From assembly GCA_947589735.1 (NCBI GenBank), contig CANQCR010000007.1:988-64987 (forward strand): a stretch of 64,000 nt of DNA. The letters run 5' to 3'. A program made the translations under genes and the position numbers. The DNA comes from an uncultured Bacilli bacterium (GTDB taxonomy: Bacteria; Bacillota_I; Bacilli_A; RF39; UBA660). The notes below the pieces were generated by a model, which was not told the origin of the DNA, did not search any database, and saw only the letters and a list, made by a program, of their open reading frames with translations. Positions 19,530 through 30,378 of this stretch are shown one piece after another (the stretch's first letter is position 1; every line of letters begins with the position of its first letter).

Positions 19530-19550
19530 AAGAGGGTAACCTCTTTTTTT
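19528..19550 (+). terminator. Rho-independent terminator after efp
   Basis: AAAAGAGG-gtaa-CCTCTTTT followed by a T-run. Confidence 0.65.
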
Positions 19551-19610
19551 ATTGTATAAGTGTAAAAAATATAGTAAAATATAGTTATGTAATTATATAA
19601 TGGAGGGTAT

Positions 19611-20795
19611 ATGAAAAAGACAATTAGAGATTTTGATTTAGAAGATAAAAAAGTATTAATAAGGGTCGATTTTAATGTCCCAATTAAAGATGGTGTTATT
19701 ACTGATGATAACCGGATAAGAGAAAGTTTAAAAACCATTAATTATGCGATTGATAATGGCGCTAAAGTTATTTTATTATCACACTTAGGCCGTGTTAAAA
19801 CGGAAGAAGATAAACTAAAAAATACTTTAAGACCGGTCGCTAATCGTTTAAGTGAACTATTAGGTAAAGAAGTTAAATTTATTCCTGAAACCCGTGGTAC
19901 TGAACTAGAAGAAGCCGTTAATAACTTACAAAAAGGTGATGTTCTTTTAATGGAAAATACACGTTTTGAAGATTTAGATGGCAAAAAGGAAAGTGGCAAT
20001 GTTGAAGAGTTAGGTGCATATTGGGCATCTTTAGGTGATATTTATATCAATGATGCTTTTGGTACAGCTCACCGGGCTCATGCATCTAATGTTGGTATTG
20101 CTAGTCACTTACCTAATGGTATTGGCTTTTTGATTGAAAAAGAATTAGATAACTTAGATAAGGCTGTTAATAATCCTGAACGTCCTTTTACGGTTGTTTT
20201 AGGTGGAGCCAAAGTAAGTGATAAGATAGGTGTTATTAAAAACTTAGTTAATCGGGCTGACCATATTTTAATTGGTGGGGGTATGATGTTTACTTTCTTA
20301 AAGGCTAAGGGTTATGAAATAGGTACATCCTTACTTGATGAAGAAAGTATTGATTTTTGTAAAGAAATGCTTGCTAACTATACTGATAAATTAGTTTTAC
20401 CAGTCGATGTTTTATGTGCTTTAGAGATGAGTGAAGAAGCTAGTGTAAGACATACAGATGTTGCTTCCATTAATCCTGATGAAATGGGCTTAGATATTGG
20501 CGAAGAAACTGTAGCTTTATTTACAAAATATCTAAATGAGAGTAAGACAATTGTATGGAATGGACCGGTTGGTGCTTTTGAATATGCTAATTTCGCATCA
20601 GGGACAAAAGCTCTATGTGACGCTTTAGCAGGACTTGATGCCACTGTTATTGTTGGTGGCGGTGATAGTGCATCAGCGACTATTAAGTTTGGATATAAAG
20701 ATAAATACACGCATATTTCTACCGGTGGTGGAGCATCATTAGAATTATTAGAAGGTAAAGAGCTACCTGGTATAGCTATCATAGAAGAAATGTAA
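19611..20795 (+). CDS. pgk: Phosphoglycerate kinase
   Basis: [39 protein letters not shown]. Confidence 0.96.
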   Translation: MKKTIRDFDLEDKKVLIRVDFNVPIKDGVITDDNRIRESLKTINYAIDNGAKVILLSHLGRVKTEEDKLKNTLRPVANRLSELLGKEVKFIPETRGTELEEAVNNLQKGDVLLMENTRFEDLDGKKESGNVEELGAYWASLGDIYINDAFGTAHRAHASNVGIASHLPNGIGFLIEKELDNLDKAVNNPERPFTVVLGGAKVSDKIGVIKNLVNRADHILIGGGMMFTFLKAKGYEIGTSLLDEESIDFCKEMLANYTDKLVLPVDVLCALEMSEEASVRHTDVASINPDEMGLDIGEETVALFTKYLNESKTIVWNGPVGAFEYANFASGTKALCDALAGLDATVIVGGGDSASATIKFGYKDKYTHISTGGGASLELLEGKELPGIAIIEEM

Positions 20796-20797
20796 TT

Positions 20798-21817
20798 ATG
20801 AAAGCATTTATCAAAAAACATAAAGGAAAATTAAACATTGTCCTACTTATTATTATTACCGGCTTAGTTTTGTATTTTTCCTTAAAAGATGATTTTGATA
20901 ATATTGTTGATCGGATTGTTAATGTTAATGCTTGGTATTTGTTATTAGCGTTTATCCTTGTCATCTTGTACTGGTTATTACGGAGTTTAGCGCTTCATAA
21001 ATTTACTAAGAAAATGAAAAAAGATAATCGCTATTTAAGTTCTTTTCAGTTAATGCTTAGAACCCAGTTTTTTAATGCGATTACGCCTTTTTCAACCGGG
21101 GGACAACCTTACCAAATATATTATTTAGTCCAAGAAGGATTAAGTCCAACAATCGCAACAAGTGTTATTATTCAAAACTTTATTGTTTATCAAATTGCTC
21201 TAGTTATCCTTGGAATTATTGCGGTTGGATGTAATTATTTCTTCCATATTTTTGCTAAAGTTAGTTTACTTCAACATTTAGTTTTAATTGGCTTTCTTAC
21301 GAATACAGCCGTTATTATCATTATGTTTATCGTTTCTTTCAGTAAGAAGTTAAATAAGAAGTTAATTTCTTTAGGCATAACGATTTTGACAAAATTACAT
21401 ATTGTTAAGAATCGTGAGAAAAAATTAGCTGAGTGGGATGCGTATATTAATCGCTTTCACGGCGGGGCAAAAGTTTTATTAGAGAATAAATGGGAGTTTA
21501 TTAAAAATATTATTTATAATATTTTGGCTTTGGTATGCTTGTATTCTATTCCGGTCGCTCTTTTATATGCGATGGGTGATTTTACAAGTTATAATGTAGG
21601 TATTGCTATCATCACTAGTGCTTATGTTATGTTGATTGGATCATTCGTTCCTATTCCTGGCGCTAGTGGGGGATTAGAGTATGGATTCGTGTCCTTTTAT
21701 GGTAGTTTCATAACTGGTTCCACATTAACAGCCATTATGTTATTATGGCGTTTTGTAACATATTATTTCGGTATGCTTATTGGCGCTTTAGCTTTAAACT
21801 TAAAGAGGGTGAAATAA
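20798..21817 (+). CDS. Flippase-like / lysylphosphatidylglycerol-synthase TM-region family (UPF0104) membrane protein
   Basis: 339 aa with about 8 TM helices. Motif FFNAITPFSTGGQPYQIYYL is typical of UPF0104. It starts 2 nt after the pgk stop. Confidence 0.65.
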   Translation: MKAFIKKHKGKLNIVLLIIITGLVLYFSLKDDFDNIVDRIVNVNAWYLLLAFILVILYWLLRSLALHKFTKKMKKDNRYLSSFQLMLRTQFFNAITPFSTGGQPYQIYYLVQEGLSPTIATSVIIQNFIVYQIALVILGIIAVGCNYFFHIFAKVSLLQHLVLIGFLTNTAVIIIMFIVSFSKKLNKKLISLGITILTKLHIVKNREKKLAEWDAYINRFHGGAKVLLENKWEFIKNIIYNILALVCLYSIPVALLYAMGDFTSYNVGIAIITSAYVMLIGSFVPIPGASGGLEYGFVSFYGSFITGSTLTAIMLLWRFVTYYFGMLIGALALNLKRVK

Positions 21818-23061
21818 TGCGTATTGGTATTTTTGCAGATACTTATCCACCATTTATTAATGGTGTATCAACTAGTATAACAATGCTTCGTTCAGCGTTG
21901 ATGAAAATGGGTCACGAAGTATTTGTCGTAACGGTTAATCCTGATTCTATGCATTATGTTTTTGATGAAGATGAACATATTATTCGCTTACCAGGGATAC
22001 CGGTAGGTATATATGATTACCGACTAACGGGTATTTATCCTATTAAGGCAATTAATAAAGTAAAAGAGTGGAATCTTGATATTATTCACTCCCATACTGA
22101 GTTTGGCGTTGGTATGTTTGCGCGCATTATGGCTAAACAATTAGATATACCTATTGTTCATACTTATCATACAATGTATGAAGACTATGTTTACTATATT
22201 ACCAAAGGGCATTTTGATGCAGCTAGTAAAAAGATAGTGGAATATTTAACGAAGTTTTTCTGTGATAAAACAGTTACGGAATTAATCGTACCAACGAAAA
22301 AAGCTTATGATTTATTTAAGCAAAAGTATGAATATGATCGCAATATTCATATTGTTCCAACGGGTATTGATGTCGAACGCTTTTATATCGAAAATAACGA
22401 TGCGAAAGTAACGGCTAGTTTAAGACGTAAATATGGTCTTAAAAAGGATGACTTTGTCATTTTAACAGTCGGTCGTTTGGCTTTAGAAAAAAATGTCAGT
22501 TTTCTTATTAATAATCATAAGAAACTTGTTCAAAAATATCCTAATTGTAAATTACTAATTGTCGGTGATGGACCAGATGCGGATACTTATAAAGAATTAG
22601 CTTTAAAAAATGGTATCGCTTCATCCGTCATCTTTACGGGTAAAATACCATATGATGAAATACCTAAATATTATCAGTTAGGCACCATTTTTACGACGGC
22701 ATCTAACACTGAGACGCAAGGGTTAACTCCATTAGAAGCGATGGCCGCATCGATTCCCGTTATTGCTTTAGATGATGATGCCTTTAGAGATGTCGTTATT
22801 GATGATTTGAATGGGATTTTGTTCTCTAATGATAAAGAATATCAAAAGGCCGTTGAAAAAATGATTACTGATAAAAAATTATATAAAAGAATGTGTGATC
22901 AAGCTCGTATTAATGCAGAAGCACATTCATCTAAATACTATGCTGAAAAGGTATTAGATGTCTATAATAAAGCTATTTTAAATAGTGGATCTGCTAGTGG
23001 TGATCGCACCTTTGGTACAAGAATGAAAGATGTTATAAAGAAGGGATTACATGGCGAATAA
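21817..23061 (+). CDS. Family 4 glycosyltransferase (diacylglycerol glycosyltransferase-like)
   Basis: MRIGIFADTYPPFINGVS N-terminus and ETQGLTPLEAMA (E-x7-E) motif. ATG 21817 overlaps the upstream stop. The ORF-track start 21745 is an upstream extension. Confidence 0.8.
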   Translation: MRIGIFADTYPPFINGVSTSITMLRSALMKMGHEVFVVTVNPDSMHYVFDEDEHIIRLPGIPVGIYDYRLTGIYPIKAINKVKEWNLDIIHSHTEFGVGMFARIMAKQLDIPIVHTYHTMYEDYVYYITKGHFDAASKKIVEYLTKFFCDKTVTELIVPTKKAYDLFKQKYEYDRNIHIVPTGIDVERFYIENNDAKVTASLRRKYGLKKDDFVILTVGRLALEKNVSFLINNHKKLVQKYPNCKLLIVGDGPDADTYKELALKNGIASSVIFTGKIPYDEIPKYYQLGTIFTTASNTETQGLTPLEAMAASIPVIALDDDAFRDVVIDDLNGILFSNDKEYQKAVEKMITDKKLYKRMCDQARINAEAHSSKYYAEKVLDVYNKAILNSGSASGDRTFGTRMKDVIKKGLHGE

Positions 23062-23764
23062 ATTAGTTGTTGGAAATATGAAAATGAACTTGTCATATGA
23101 TGAGATAGAAGAATATATTGACCGGATGCAAGGTTATCAAGACTGCATTATATGCCCAAGTTATATCTATGTTCCTTATTTTATCGATAGTGGTTTTACG
23201 ACGGGTGTCCAAGATGTGGCTAGTTATGATAATGGGTCCTATACAGGTGAAGTATCAGCTAAGCAATTAGCATCTTTAGGAGTTAAATACACTATCATTG
23301 GTCATAGTGAAAGAAGAGAACTTTTTAATGATACAGATGCTTTAATCAAAGAAAAAATTATTAAAGCTCTAACAAACAATTTAAAAGTTATCTTATGTGT
23401 TGGCGAGACACTAACGGAACGGGAAAATGATCAAGCTAAAAAGAAAATAGCGGATCAACTCCTTACGGATTTAAAAGACATCGATAATATTAATGATGAT
23501 AACTTAATCATTGCCTATGAACCAATTTGGGCTATTGGAACAGGTAAGGTACCAAGTAATGATGATATCGATGAAATTATTTCTTATATTAAAGAGTTAA
23601 CTAATAAAGAATATCATATAAATCCAAAAGTGTTATATGGTGGCAGTACCAATGATGCCAATATTAAAGAATTAGCCCAAATAAAAAGTGTCGATGGTTT
23701 CTTAGTTGGCGGTGCGTGTCTTGTACCTGATAAGTTTATAAAAATAATTGAGGCCGTTAGATAG
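23051..23764 (+). CDS. tpiA: Triosephosphate isomerase
   Basis: GNMKMN, IIGHSERR, AYEPIWAIGTG, YGGS. Overlaps the glycosyltransferase gene by 11 nt. Confidence 0.95.
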   Translation: MANKLVVGNMKMNLSYDEIEEYIDRMQGYQDCIICPSYIYVPYFIDSGFTTGVQDVASYDNGSYTGEVSAKQLASLGVKYTIIGHSERRELFNDTDALIKEKIIKALTNNLKVILCVGETLTERENDQAKKKIADQLLTDLKDIDNINDDNLIIAYEPIWAIGTGKVPSNDDIDEIISYIKELTNKEYHINPKVLYGGSTNDANIKELAQIKSVDGFLVGGACLVPDKFIKIIEAVR

Positions 23765-23789
23765 GTCTCTTTTTTTGTTAGATGATTTA

Positions 23790-23806
23790 TTCGACATTTT
23801 TCGATA
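23790..23806 (-). promoter_or_regulatory. Candidate Spo0A boxes upstream of spo0A
   Basis: The reverse complement of TTCGACA (23790-23796) is TGTCGAA, a perfect 0A-box core. An adjacent TTCGATA (23800-23806) is TATCGAA, with one mismatch. Both lie 60-80 nt upstream of the spo0A ATG. Confidence 0.35.
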
Positions 23807-23867
23807 ACAATCGCAATTGTGTGATAGTAATATATAAAGTATGCTTATAGAAAATTGGAGGAAATAA

Positions 23868-24629
23868 ATGAAAGATATAAGAATATTAATGATTGATGAC
23901 AATGAAAATCTCATCCTTGCTGTTAAGGAATATTTTGCTAATAGAGATGGCATCAAAGTTGTTTTAACAGCAAATGATGGTAAAGAAGGAATGGAATTAA
24001 TCAGAAATCGTAGTAAAGACTTTGACGTTATTATTCTTGATTTAATAATGCCAGGTAAAGATGGTATGTATGTTTTAGAGTGTATGAAAAATGAAAATAT
24101 TAACAAAGAAGTTATTGTGGCAACAAGTTATAATTCGATGGAGGTAATAAGAGAAGTATCAGAATATGGTGTTAATTACTATGTCTTAAAACCATTTGAT
24201 CTTATTGACTTAGAAAAACGGATTTTAGATCTTACTAACAAAGAATATGATAATAAGATTATTGATATGGAACATAATAATATTCAGTCATCTATTTCAA
24301 AGATTTTACACGAATTAGGTATTCCTTCACATATTAAAGGATATCAATATATAAGAGAAGGTATCAATATTTTGTATGACCGTCCTGAAACCGTTGGTGG
24401 GATAACGAAAGAGTTATATCCCGAACTAGCTAGTAAGTTTGATACAACTGTTTCGCGGGTTGAACGCGCTATTCGTCATGCGATTGAAGTTAGCTGGAAT
24501 CGTGGTAGTTGGGATTTAATGGAAGAAATATTTGGACATAGTGTAGATGTTGATAAAGCTAAACCTACGAATAGTGAGTTTATTGTTACTATTGCCGATA
24601 AATTAAGATTAGACTATCATCGCATATGA
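23868..24629 (+). CDS. spo0A: Sporulation master regulator Spo0A
   Basis: Receiver domain (DD…D…K). The Spo0A-specific C-terminal domain carries HIKGYQYIREGI, SRVERAIRHAIEVSWNRG and KPTNSEFI. Confidence 0.93.
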   Translation: MKDIRILMIDDNENLILAVKEYFANRDGIKVVLTANDGKEGMELIRNRSKDFDVIILDLIMPGKDGMYVLECMKNENINKEVIVATSYNSMEVIREVSEYGVNYYVLKPFDLIDLEKRILDLTNKEYDNKIIDMEHNNIQSSISKILHELGIPSHIKGYQYIREGINILYDRPETVGGITKELYPELASKFDTTVSRVERAIRHAIEVSWNRGSWDLMEEIFGHSVDVDKAKPTNSEFIVTIADKLRLDYHRI

Positions 24630-24662
24630 AAAAACCAATTAAACTATTTTAATTGGTTTTTT
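24629..24662. terminator. Bidirectional terminator between spo0A and the convergent gene
   Basis: AAAACCAATTAAA-ctat-TTTAATTGGTTTT, with A-run and T-run flanks. The right arm contains the stop and last codons of the minus-strand gene. Confidence 0.7.
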
Positions 24663-25563
24663 GATGGGTATGTGTAATACCTAATGTATCATAACTAAAA
24701 ATAATTAGTTCCTCTCTAGGAATATCTTTTTTATAATATGTATTCCTAATATCATTACCTATAGAATTAATAACAAAACTAACGACATCACCTTCAGGAT
24801 AAGGAGGTACGTCCGTTTTATCTCTTTTTTTCATTAGAATACTAGGAAGTTTATCACTTGTAAATATTAGCCAATATTTTTTAAAAAAGGCCATAACAAC
24901 TTCACTATCTTCTTTACTTAGATTATTTTTAAGACATAGCTTTTGGATACTTTCATAAGCTCTAGGATAATCCCTATTTAAAAAGACATTTAAATAGGCG
25001 TGATCATTTTCGACGAATTTTCTAAAGAAAGTTGGCGAGGTTAGACCATAATAAGGGGAAACACTTAAATTAGGGGCAAAAAAGATACCTTCATTCTCCC
25101 CATTGAATAAACCAAAAACACTATGGTCAAATAATTTCATAATTCCTTTTACTTCTGCAAGATCCCAAGGCTTGTCATCAATCTTTAAGCCGTTTTCATT
25201 AATATGTTCGGCATAACTAGCATTTAAGGTATGAAATAAATAGCCGTTAAACCAATTGTTCATTAACTTTAAATAAGTATCTTCATTAATACCATATTTT
25301 TGAAAATAATTTTTAACAATATGCGCGACACTAGCTTTAAAAACAGCATTATTATCATTAACAATCTTTTGTCCACGAACCGATTTAATTAACATTATAA
25401 AATAGTTAATATCATCATTACTGACCTCTTCTTTCGTTAGAAGATAATCATTTAAGATAAGGGCAACTAAATTTAAATATTCGTAACAAGATAAACCTTC
25501 TTTTTCTTTGATTAATCCTAAGTAATCTTTTAATTGTTCATTAAATAATTCATCAAAACTCAT
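24649..25563 (-). CDS. Hypothetical protein (304 aa)
   Basis: Long ORF with normal codon usage, 7 nt downstream of the metallophosphoesterase gene. No motif recognised. Confidence 0.6.
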   Translation of the reverse strand: MSFDELFNEQLKDYLGLIKEKEGLSCYEYLNLVALILNDYLLTKEEVSNDDINYFIMLIKSVRGQKIVNDNNAVFKASVAHIVKNYFQKYGINEDTYLKLMNNWFNGYLFHTLNASYAEHINENGLKIDDKPWDLAEVKGIMKLFDHSVFGLFNGENEGIFFAPNLSVSPYYGLTSPTFFRKFVENDHAYLNVFLNRDYPRAYESIQKLCLKNNLSKEDSEVVMAFFKKYWLIFTSDKLPSILMKKRDKTDVPPYPEGDVVSFVINSIGNDIRNTYYKKDIPREELIIFSYDTLGITHTHQKTN

Positions 25564-25570
25564 AAATCAC

Positions 25571-26425
25571 CTATTTATTTAATAATCGATATAAATTGAA
25601 TGATGGCTTGTTAAAGATTCTCGCTTTAATATTAGTTGTACCAATACCTGATGAGATATACATAACAGAATCACCATACTGATATTTTAATTCCGTATAG
25701 GAACTATCTTTTCTTGGAATAATAAACTTTTTAAAATAAGGTATATTCAATTCTCCATTATGGGTATGGCCAGCTAAGATTAGTTGGAAATTATCCTTAT
25801 TGATATCTTCAACATTGTTAGGCTCATGCATAATGAGAATATTATATTTAGTATCATTAGTCTTAATAGCATCTTCAATCGTACTTACTTTATTTAAGAC
25901 ATCAATATGTTCTCTTTGCGTAGATATACCGCCAATCAGCATAGCATCATTTGTTTTATCATAGATGATGTCATAGGTATTATCAAGTAGTTTAAAAGAT
26001 GTTTTGTTAATGACGTCTTTAAATGTTTTTTGATTAAAGTCATGGTCACCAGTGATGACATATTGATATTTAGCTTCAATAGTATTCAAAGCATCAACTA
26101 GATCATTAACATCATCACTAGTATATTTAACTTTTTTATCTAGTATATCACCACTAATAATAACAATATTAGGTTTAATTTTATTAACTTTTTTAATAAT
26201 TTTCTTTAAATCACTTTTATCTACAGTTGTTTTATAGTGGATATCACTTAGTTGGACAATTTTATAGCCATAAAAAGAGGTAGGAATCTTTTCATTGATA
26301 ACATTAATTTCTTTCACATTAATTCCTTTAGGACCATAGTAAAAGGCATAAAAAACGATTGCTGATATGATAATTAATATAAGGATTAATATTTTAAGCC
26401 AAGTAAAATGTCTTTTCTCTTCCAT
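25571..26425 (-). CDS. Membrane-anchored metallophosphoesterase (calcineurin-like, YkuE-type)
   Basis: N-terminal TM. Motifs QLSDIHY, SGDILD, GDHD, GHTHNG. ATG 26425 follows TGTTATAAT…GGTGGT on the minus strand. Confidence 0.85.
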   Translation of the reverse strand: MEEKRHFTWLKILILILIIISAIVFYAFYYGPKGINVKEINVINEKIPTSFYGYKIVQLSDIHYKTTVDKSDLKKIIKKVNKIKPNIVIISGDILDKKVKYTSDDVNDLVDALNTIEAKYQYVITGDHDFNQKTFKDVINKTSFKLLDNTYDIIYDKTNDAMLIGGISTQREHIDVLNKVSTIEDAIKTNDTKYNILIMHEPNNVEDINKDNFQLILAGHTHNGELNIPYFKKFIIPRKDSSYTELKYQYGDSVMYISSGIGTTNIKARIFNKPSFNLYRLLNK

Positions 26426-26513
26426 GTTACCACCTAGTATCATTATAACAAAAAAATGCTGATTAATAAATGCTTAACTTTTGCATATTTCTCTTTAAAA
26501 AACAACGTTATTA

Positions 26514-26522
26514 TGTTATAAT
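26514..26522 (+). promoter_or_regulatory. Extended -10 promoter element TGTTATAAT for the T-box leader
   Basis: An exact TGnTATAAT match immediately upstream of the leader. Confidence 0.5.
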
Positions 26523-26539
26523 GTACGTAATGTGATTAT

Positions 26540-26763
26540 TAAAGACATTGAACAAGAGGAGTAAAATAACTAGTACTTATTAGAGATGAAAAGTCATAGG
26601 CTGAAAGCTTTTCTTAAAGAAGATTATTTGAAGGTAGCTTGGGAGTTTCATATCTAGATAATAGATATGACGTTTACGGCGTTAACGATAAAGATAAACA
26701 GTTGTTTATGAATAAAGGTGGTACCACGGCTTTTCGTCCTTTTAGGATGAAGCCGTGTTTTTT
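26540..26763 (+). promoter_or_regulatory. T-box riboswitch leader (tRNA-sensing transcription attenuator)
   Basis: AGAGGAGTA and AGAGA stem I elements and a GCTGAAAG distal loop. Specifier region GAAGGTAG (26630-26637). T-box core AAAGGTGGTACCACGG (26714-26729). Terminator CACGGCTT-tt-CGTCCT-ttt-AGGATG-AAGCCGTG plus TTTTTT (26725-26763) overlaps the T-box. Confidence 0.85.
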
Positions 26764-26775
26764 GTAGGTGATAAA

Positions 26776-27498
26776 ATGGACATAAAAAAAGCAAAGGCGA
26801 TATTTAATGATTATGCTAAACAATTTGATTTTAATGATGCAAGTGTTCAAAGGAAATATGCACATACTTACCGAGTTATCGAATATGCGATGGCGATTTC
26901 TTCTTCTTTGAATCTTGATGATCAAATGAAAGAACTTATTTATGTTGCATCTTTGTATCATGATATTGGTCGTTTTAAACAAGCTAGTATATATCATACT
27001 TTTGATGATAGTAAATCACTTGATCACGCTAAGCTAGGTTATGATTTACTAAAAGATGGAATGATTGATTCCTTCGCTAAAAAAGAGGATGCCGAAGTTA
27101 TTCTCTTTGCTGTTTTAAATCATAGTCGTAAAGAAATACCTCAAGGTAGTGAAGATCAAATACTATGCGCCAAAGTCGTCCGGGATGCGGATAAGATGGA
27201 TATTATGAAAGAACAGGGTAATAGTCTTAGTAATGATGTCATCCTTTCTAAAGAATTACTTACATCTTTGAAAAGTAAAGAAGTTTGTGATAATAAAAAT
27301 GTTCATAATGCTGGAGACCATATATTAAGGCTTTTAGGTTTCATCTATGATATTAATTTTAAATACACGTATAAATTCATCTTAAAGGAAGAAATTATTG
27401 ATCAAAAAATACAATTATTAGAACATGCTACACATCAGAATTTAGATGATGTCGCTACCATTTTAAAACAATATATTGAAGGAGTGATAAAATGTTAG
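26776..27498 (+). CDS. HD-domain phosphohydrolase-family protein
   Basis: HTYRV…[10 protein letters not shown] motif. ATG 26776 follows AGGTGA directly after the T-box terminator. The 3' end overlaps the valS start by 7 nt. Confidence 0.75.
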   Translation: MDIKKAKAIFNDYAKQFDFNDASVQRKYAHTYRVIEYAMAISSSLNLDDQMKELIYVASLYHDIGRFKQASIYHTFDDSKSLDHAKLGYDLLKDGMIDSFAKKEDAEVILFAVLNHSRKEIPQGSEDQILCAKVVRDADKMDIMKEQGNSLSNDVILSKELLTSLKSKEVCDNKNVHNAGDHILRLLGFIYDINFKYTYKFILKEEIIDQKIQLLEHATHQNLDDVATILKQYIEGVIKC

Positions 27499-30020
27499 AT
27501 ACGAAATATAACCATTTAGAAGTTGAAAAAGGCAAATACGAAGATTGGAAAGAAAAGGGCTACTTTGAAAGTGGTGATTTAAGTAAAAAACCATATTGTA
27601 TTGTTATCCCACCACCTAATGTAACCGGTAAACTTCACCTAGGCCATGCTTGGGACACAACTCTTCAAGATATCCTTATTCGTTATAAAAGAATGGATGG
27701 CTATGATGCTTTATGGGTTCCTGGTATGGATCACGCCGCTATTGCGACAGAAGCTAAAGTTGTTCAAAAGCTTCGCCAAAATGGTGTTGACAAATATGAA
27801 TTAGGACGCGATGGCTTTTTGGATGCTTGCTGGGATTGGACCCATGAATACGCTAAAAATATAAGAGAGCAATGGGCTAAACTAGGTCTTAGTCTCGATT
27901 ACCGCAAGGAAGCTTTTACCCTTGATGAAAACTTGACGAGAGCTGTTAAAAAGGTCTTTGTTGATCTTTATAACGAGGGACTAATTTATCGTGGCGAGCG
28001 GATTATTAACTGGGATCCCGTTGCTAAAACAGCATTATCAAATGAGGAAGTTATTTATAAAGATGATGAGGGAGCATTCTATCATTTAAAATATTTTATT
28101 GAAGGAACTGATGAATACTTGGATGTTGCGACAACTCGTCCTGAAACTTTATTTGGTGATACCGCTGTTGCTGTTAATCCTGATGATGAACGTTATAAAC
28201 ATCTTATCGGTAAAAAAGCTATTTTACCAGTTGTCAATAAAGCTATACCTATTGTTGGTGATGAACATGCTGATCCTACCTTTGGAACTGGTGTTGTTAA
28301 AATAACGCCAGCTCATGATCCTAACGATTTTGAAGTTGGTAATAGACACAATTTAGAGCGTATTGTCGTTATGAATGAGGATGCGACAATGAATGCGAAT
28401 GCCTTAAAGTATGAGGGTATGACAAGAGAAGAATGTAGGGAAGCTCTCCTTAAAGACTTAGAAGAAGCAGGCCTTTTAATCAGTGTTGAAAAAATGGTTC
28501 ATAGTGTTGGTCATAGTGAAAGAACTGACGCTGTGGTTGAACCATATTTATCAAAGCAATGGTTTGTTAAGATGCGGCCACTCGCTGATCGTGTTTTAGA
28601 AAATCAAAAAAATAAGAAGACGAAAGTAAACTTTGTCCCACCACACTATGAAAAGACGATGAATCACTGGATGGAGATAACTTATGATTGGTGTATTTCC
28701 CGCCAATTATGGTGGGGTCACCGGATTCCTGCTTGGTATAAAGGGGACGAAGTATACGTTGGCGTTGATGCGCCATCTGGTGATGGTTGGGTTCAAGATA
28801 ATGATGTTTTAGATACCTGGTTTAGTAGTGCTTTATGGCCATTTGCTACTTTAGGTTGGCCAAATGAAACAGATGATTATAAAAGATATTATCCTAACAG
28901 TGTTTTAGTTACGGGTTATGATATCATTCCTTTTTGGGTTAATAGAATGACTTTCCAAGGCTTGAAGTTTACGGATTCTCGTCCTTTTAAAGATTGCTTA
29001 ATTCACGGTCTTATTCGTGATAAAGAGGGACGCAAGATGAGTAAGTCTTTAGGTAATGGTGTCGATCCTATGGATGTCATTGATGAATATGGTTGTGATG
29101 CCTTAAGATTTTTCTTAACAACTAATTCCGCTCCGGGAGCTGATTTAAGATATGATGAAGAAAAAGTTAAATCATCTTGGAACTTCCTTAATAAGTTATG
29201 GAATGCCTCACGTTTTGTTTTAATGAATCTTGAAGACTTTAAGGAAGAAGATTATACTTTGGATAATTTATCACTTGCCGATAAATGGATTTTAAATCGT
29301 TTAAATAATGTTATTAAAGAAGTAAGAAAAAATATGGATACATATGATTTCCACAACGTTGGTAATACTTTATATGCCTTTATTTGGAATGATTTTTGTG
29401 ATTGGTATATTGAGCTATCAAAAAGTGATATGTCCAAAACAAATAAGAGTGTTTTGCTTTTAGTTTTAACAGATATTATGAAGATGCTACATCCATTCAC
29501 GCCTTATATAACAGAAGAAATCTATCAAATGTTACCAATTAAGGAACAACCATCTATTATGATATCTTCATATCCTAGCATTCGTGATTTTGATTATCAA
29601 AAAGAAGAAGACAAGTTAAATAAGATTTTAGAAGATATTATCGCTATTCGTAATTTAAAAGCGACAAACAATATTACCAAACAAGCTAAGGTAAAATATG
29701 TAACTGATGCTAGTATTGAAAATATTTACCGTTCGCAGTTAAAAATCAAAGATGAAAATATTTTAACGGATAGCGGTGATAACTATTTAACGAGCAATTA
29801 TAAATCTAAAAATATTGATATTACATATTACTATGAAGGAACTAAAGAAGATGATAGTAAGAAAGATGATGAAATCAAGAAGTTAGAAGAGTCTATCGCT
29901 CGCAGGGAGAAACTTTTAAGTAATGAAAATTACGTTTCTAAAGCACCAGCGCAAATTGTCGATGCTGATAGAAAAAAACTAGCTGAAGAAAAAGAGCGTT
30001 TAGCGCTTCTTAAGGGTTAA
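27492..30020 (+). CDS. valS: Valyl-tRNA synthetase
   Basis: [14 protein letters not shown] (HIGH), KMSKSLGN (KMSKS) and a C-terminal coiled coil. 842 aa. Confidence 0.96.
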   Translation: MLDTKYNHLEVEKGKYEDWKEKGYFESGDLSKKPYCIVIPPPNVTGKLHLGHAWDTTLQDILIRYKRMDGYDALWVPGMDHAAIATEAKVVQKLRQNGVDKYELGRDGFLDACWDWTHEYAKNIREQWAKLGLSLDYRKEAFTLDENLTRAVKKVFVDLYNEGLIYRGERIINWDPVAKTALSNEEVIYKDDEGAFYHLKYFIEGTDEYLDVATTRPETLFGDTAVAVNPDDERYKHLIGKKAILPVVNKAIPIVGDEHADPTFGTGVVKITPAHDPNDFEVGNRHNLERIVVMNEDATMNANALKYEGMTREECREALLKDLEEAGLLISVEKMVHSVGHSERTDAVVEPYLSKQWFVKMRPLADRVLENQKNKKTKVNFVPPHYEKTMNHWMEITYDWCISRQLWWGHRIPAWYKGDEVYVGVDAPSGDGWVQDNDVLDTWFSSALWPFATLGWPNETDDYKRYYPNSVLVTGYDIIPFWVNRMTFQGLKFTDSRPFKDCLIHGLIRDKEGRKMSKSLGNGVDPMDVIDEYGCDALRFFLTTNSAPGADLRYDEEKVKSSWNFLNKLWNASRFVLMNLEDFKEEDYTLDNLSLADKWILNRLNNVIKEVRKNMDTYDFHNVGNTLYAFIWNDFCDWYIELSKSDMSKTNKSVLLLVLTDIMKMLHPFTPYITEEIYQMLPIKEQPSIMISSYPSIRDFDYQKEEDKLNKILEDIIAIRNLKATNNITKQAKVKYVTDASIENIYRSQLKIKDENILTDSGDNYLTSNYKSKNIDITYYYEGTKEDDSKKDDEIKKLEESIARREKLLSNENYVSKAPAQIVDADRKKLAEEKERLALLKG

Positions 30021-30021
30021 G

Positions 30022-30378
30022 ATGTTATTTCTTTATTATCCGAAATGTTCAACTTGTAAGCGCGCTAAAGCGTGGCTAGATAATCATCATCTTTCTTATG
30101 ATTCTCGTGATATCATTTTAGATAATCCTAAATATGCAGAATTAGAAAAATGGATAAAAGATAGTGGCGTAGATGTAAAACGTTTCTTTAATACCAGTGG
30201 TCTAAAATATAAAGAATTAGGCTTAAAAGATAAGTTAAGTGGGTTATCTTTGGAAGAGAAGATTAAACTTTTGTCAAGTGATGGTATGCTTGTCAAAAGA
30301 CCTCTTATAATTGGCGATAATATTACCTTAGTGGGTTTTAATGAAAAGGAGTGGGAGAAAGCATTATGCAAGAATTAA
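30022..30378 (+). CDS. ArsC/Spx/MgsR-family protein (YffB-like)
   Basis: 118 aa. N-terminal YYPKCSTCKRAKAWL and C-terminal LVKRPLI, typical of the ArsC family. Confidence 0.75.
   Translation: MLFLYYPKCSTCKRAKAWLDNHHLSYDSRDIILDNPKYAELEKWIKDSGVDVKRFFNTSGLKYKELGLKDKLSGLSLEEKIKLLSSDGMLVKRPLIIGDNITLVGFNEKEWEKALCKN

Noticed and set aside
19742-20821. Antisense ORFs inside pgk (19742-19999, 20378-20821). Similar antisense ORFs occur inside other well-supported genes, for example 23702-24106, 28567-28776, 36854-37132, 37354-37614, 42038-42423, 59642-60191 and 63052-63354.
   Set aside because: Each is fully contained in, or opposite to, a gene with strong family motifs. Their translations are low-complexity and lack RBS or promoter context. 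They are typical shadow ORFs.
26674-26997. 107-aa minus-strand ORF across the T-box leader and the HD-gene start
   Set aside because: It overlaps a well-defined T-box leader and a + strand gene with an HD motif. It has no RBS and an implausible translation.
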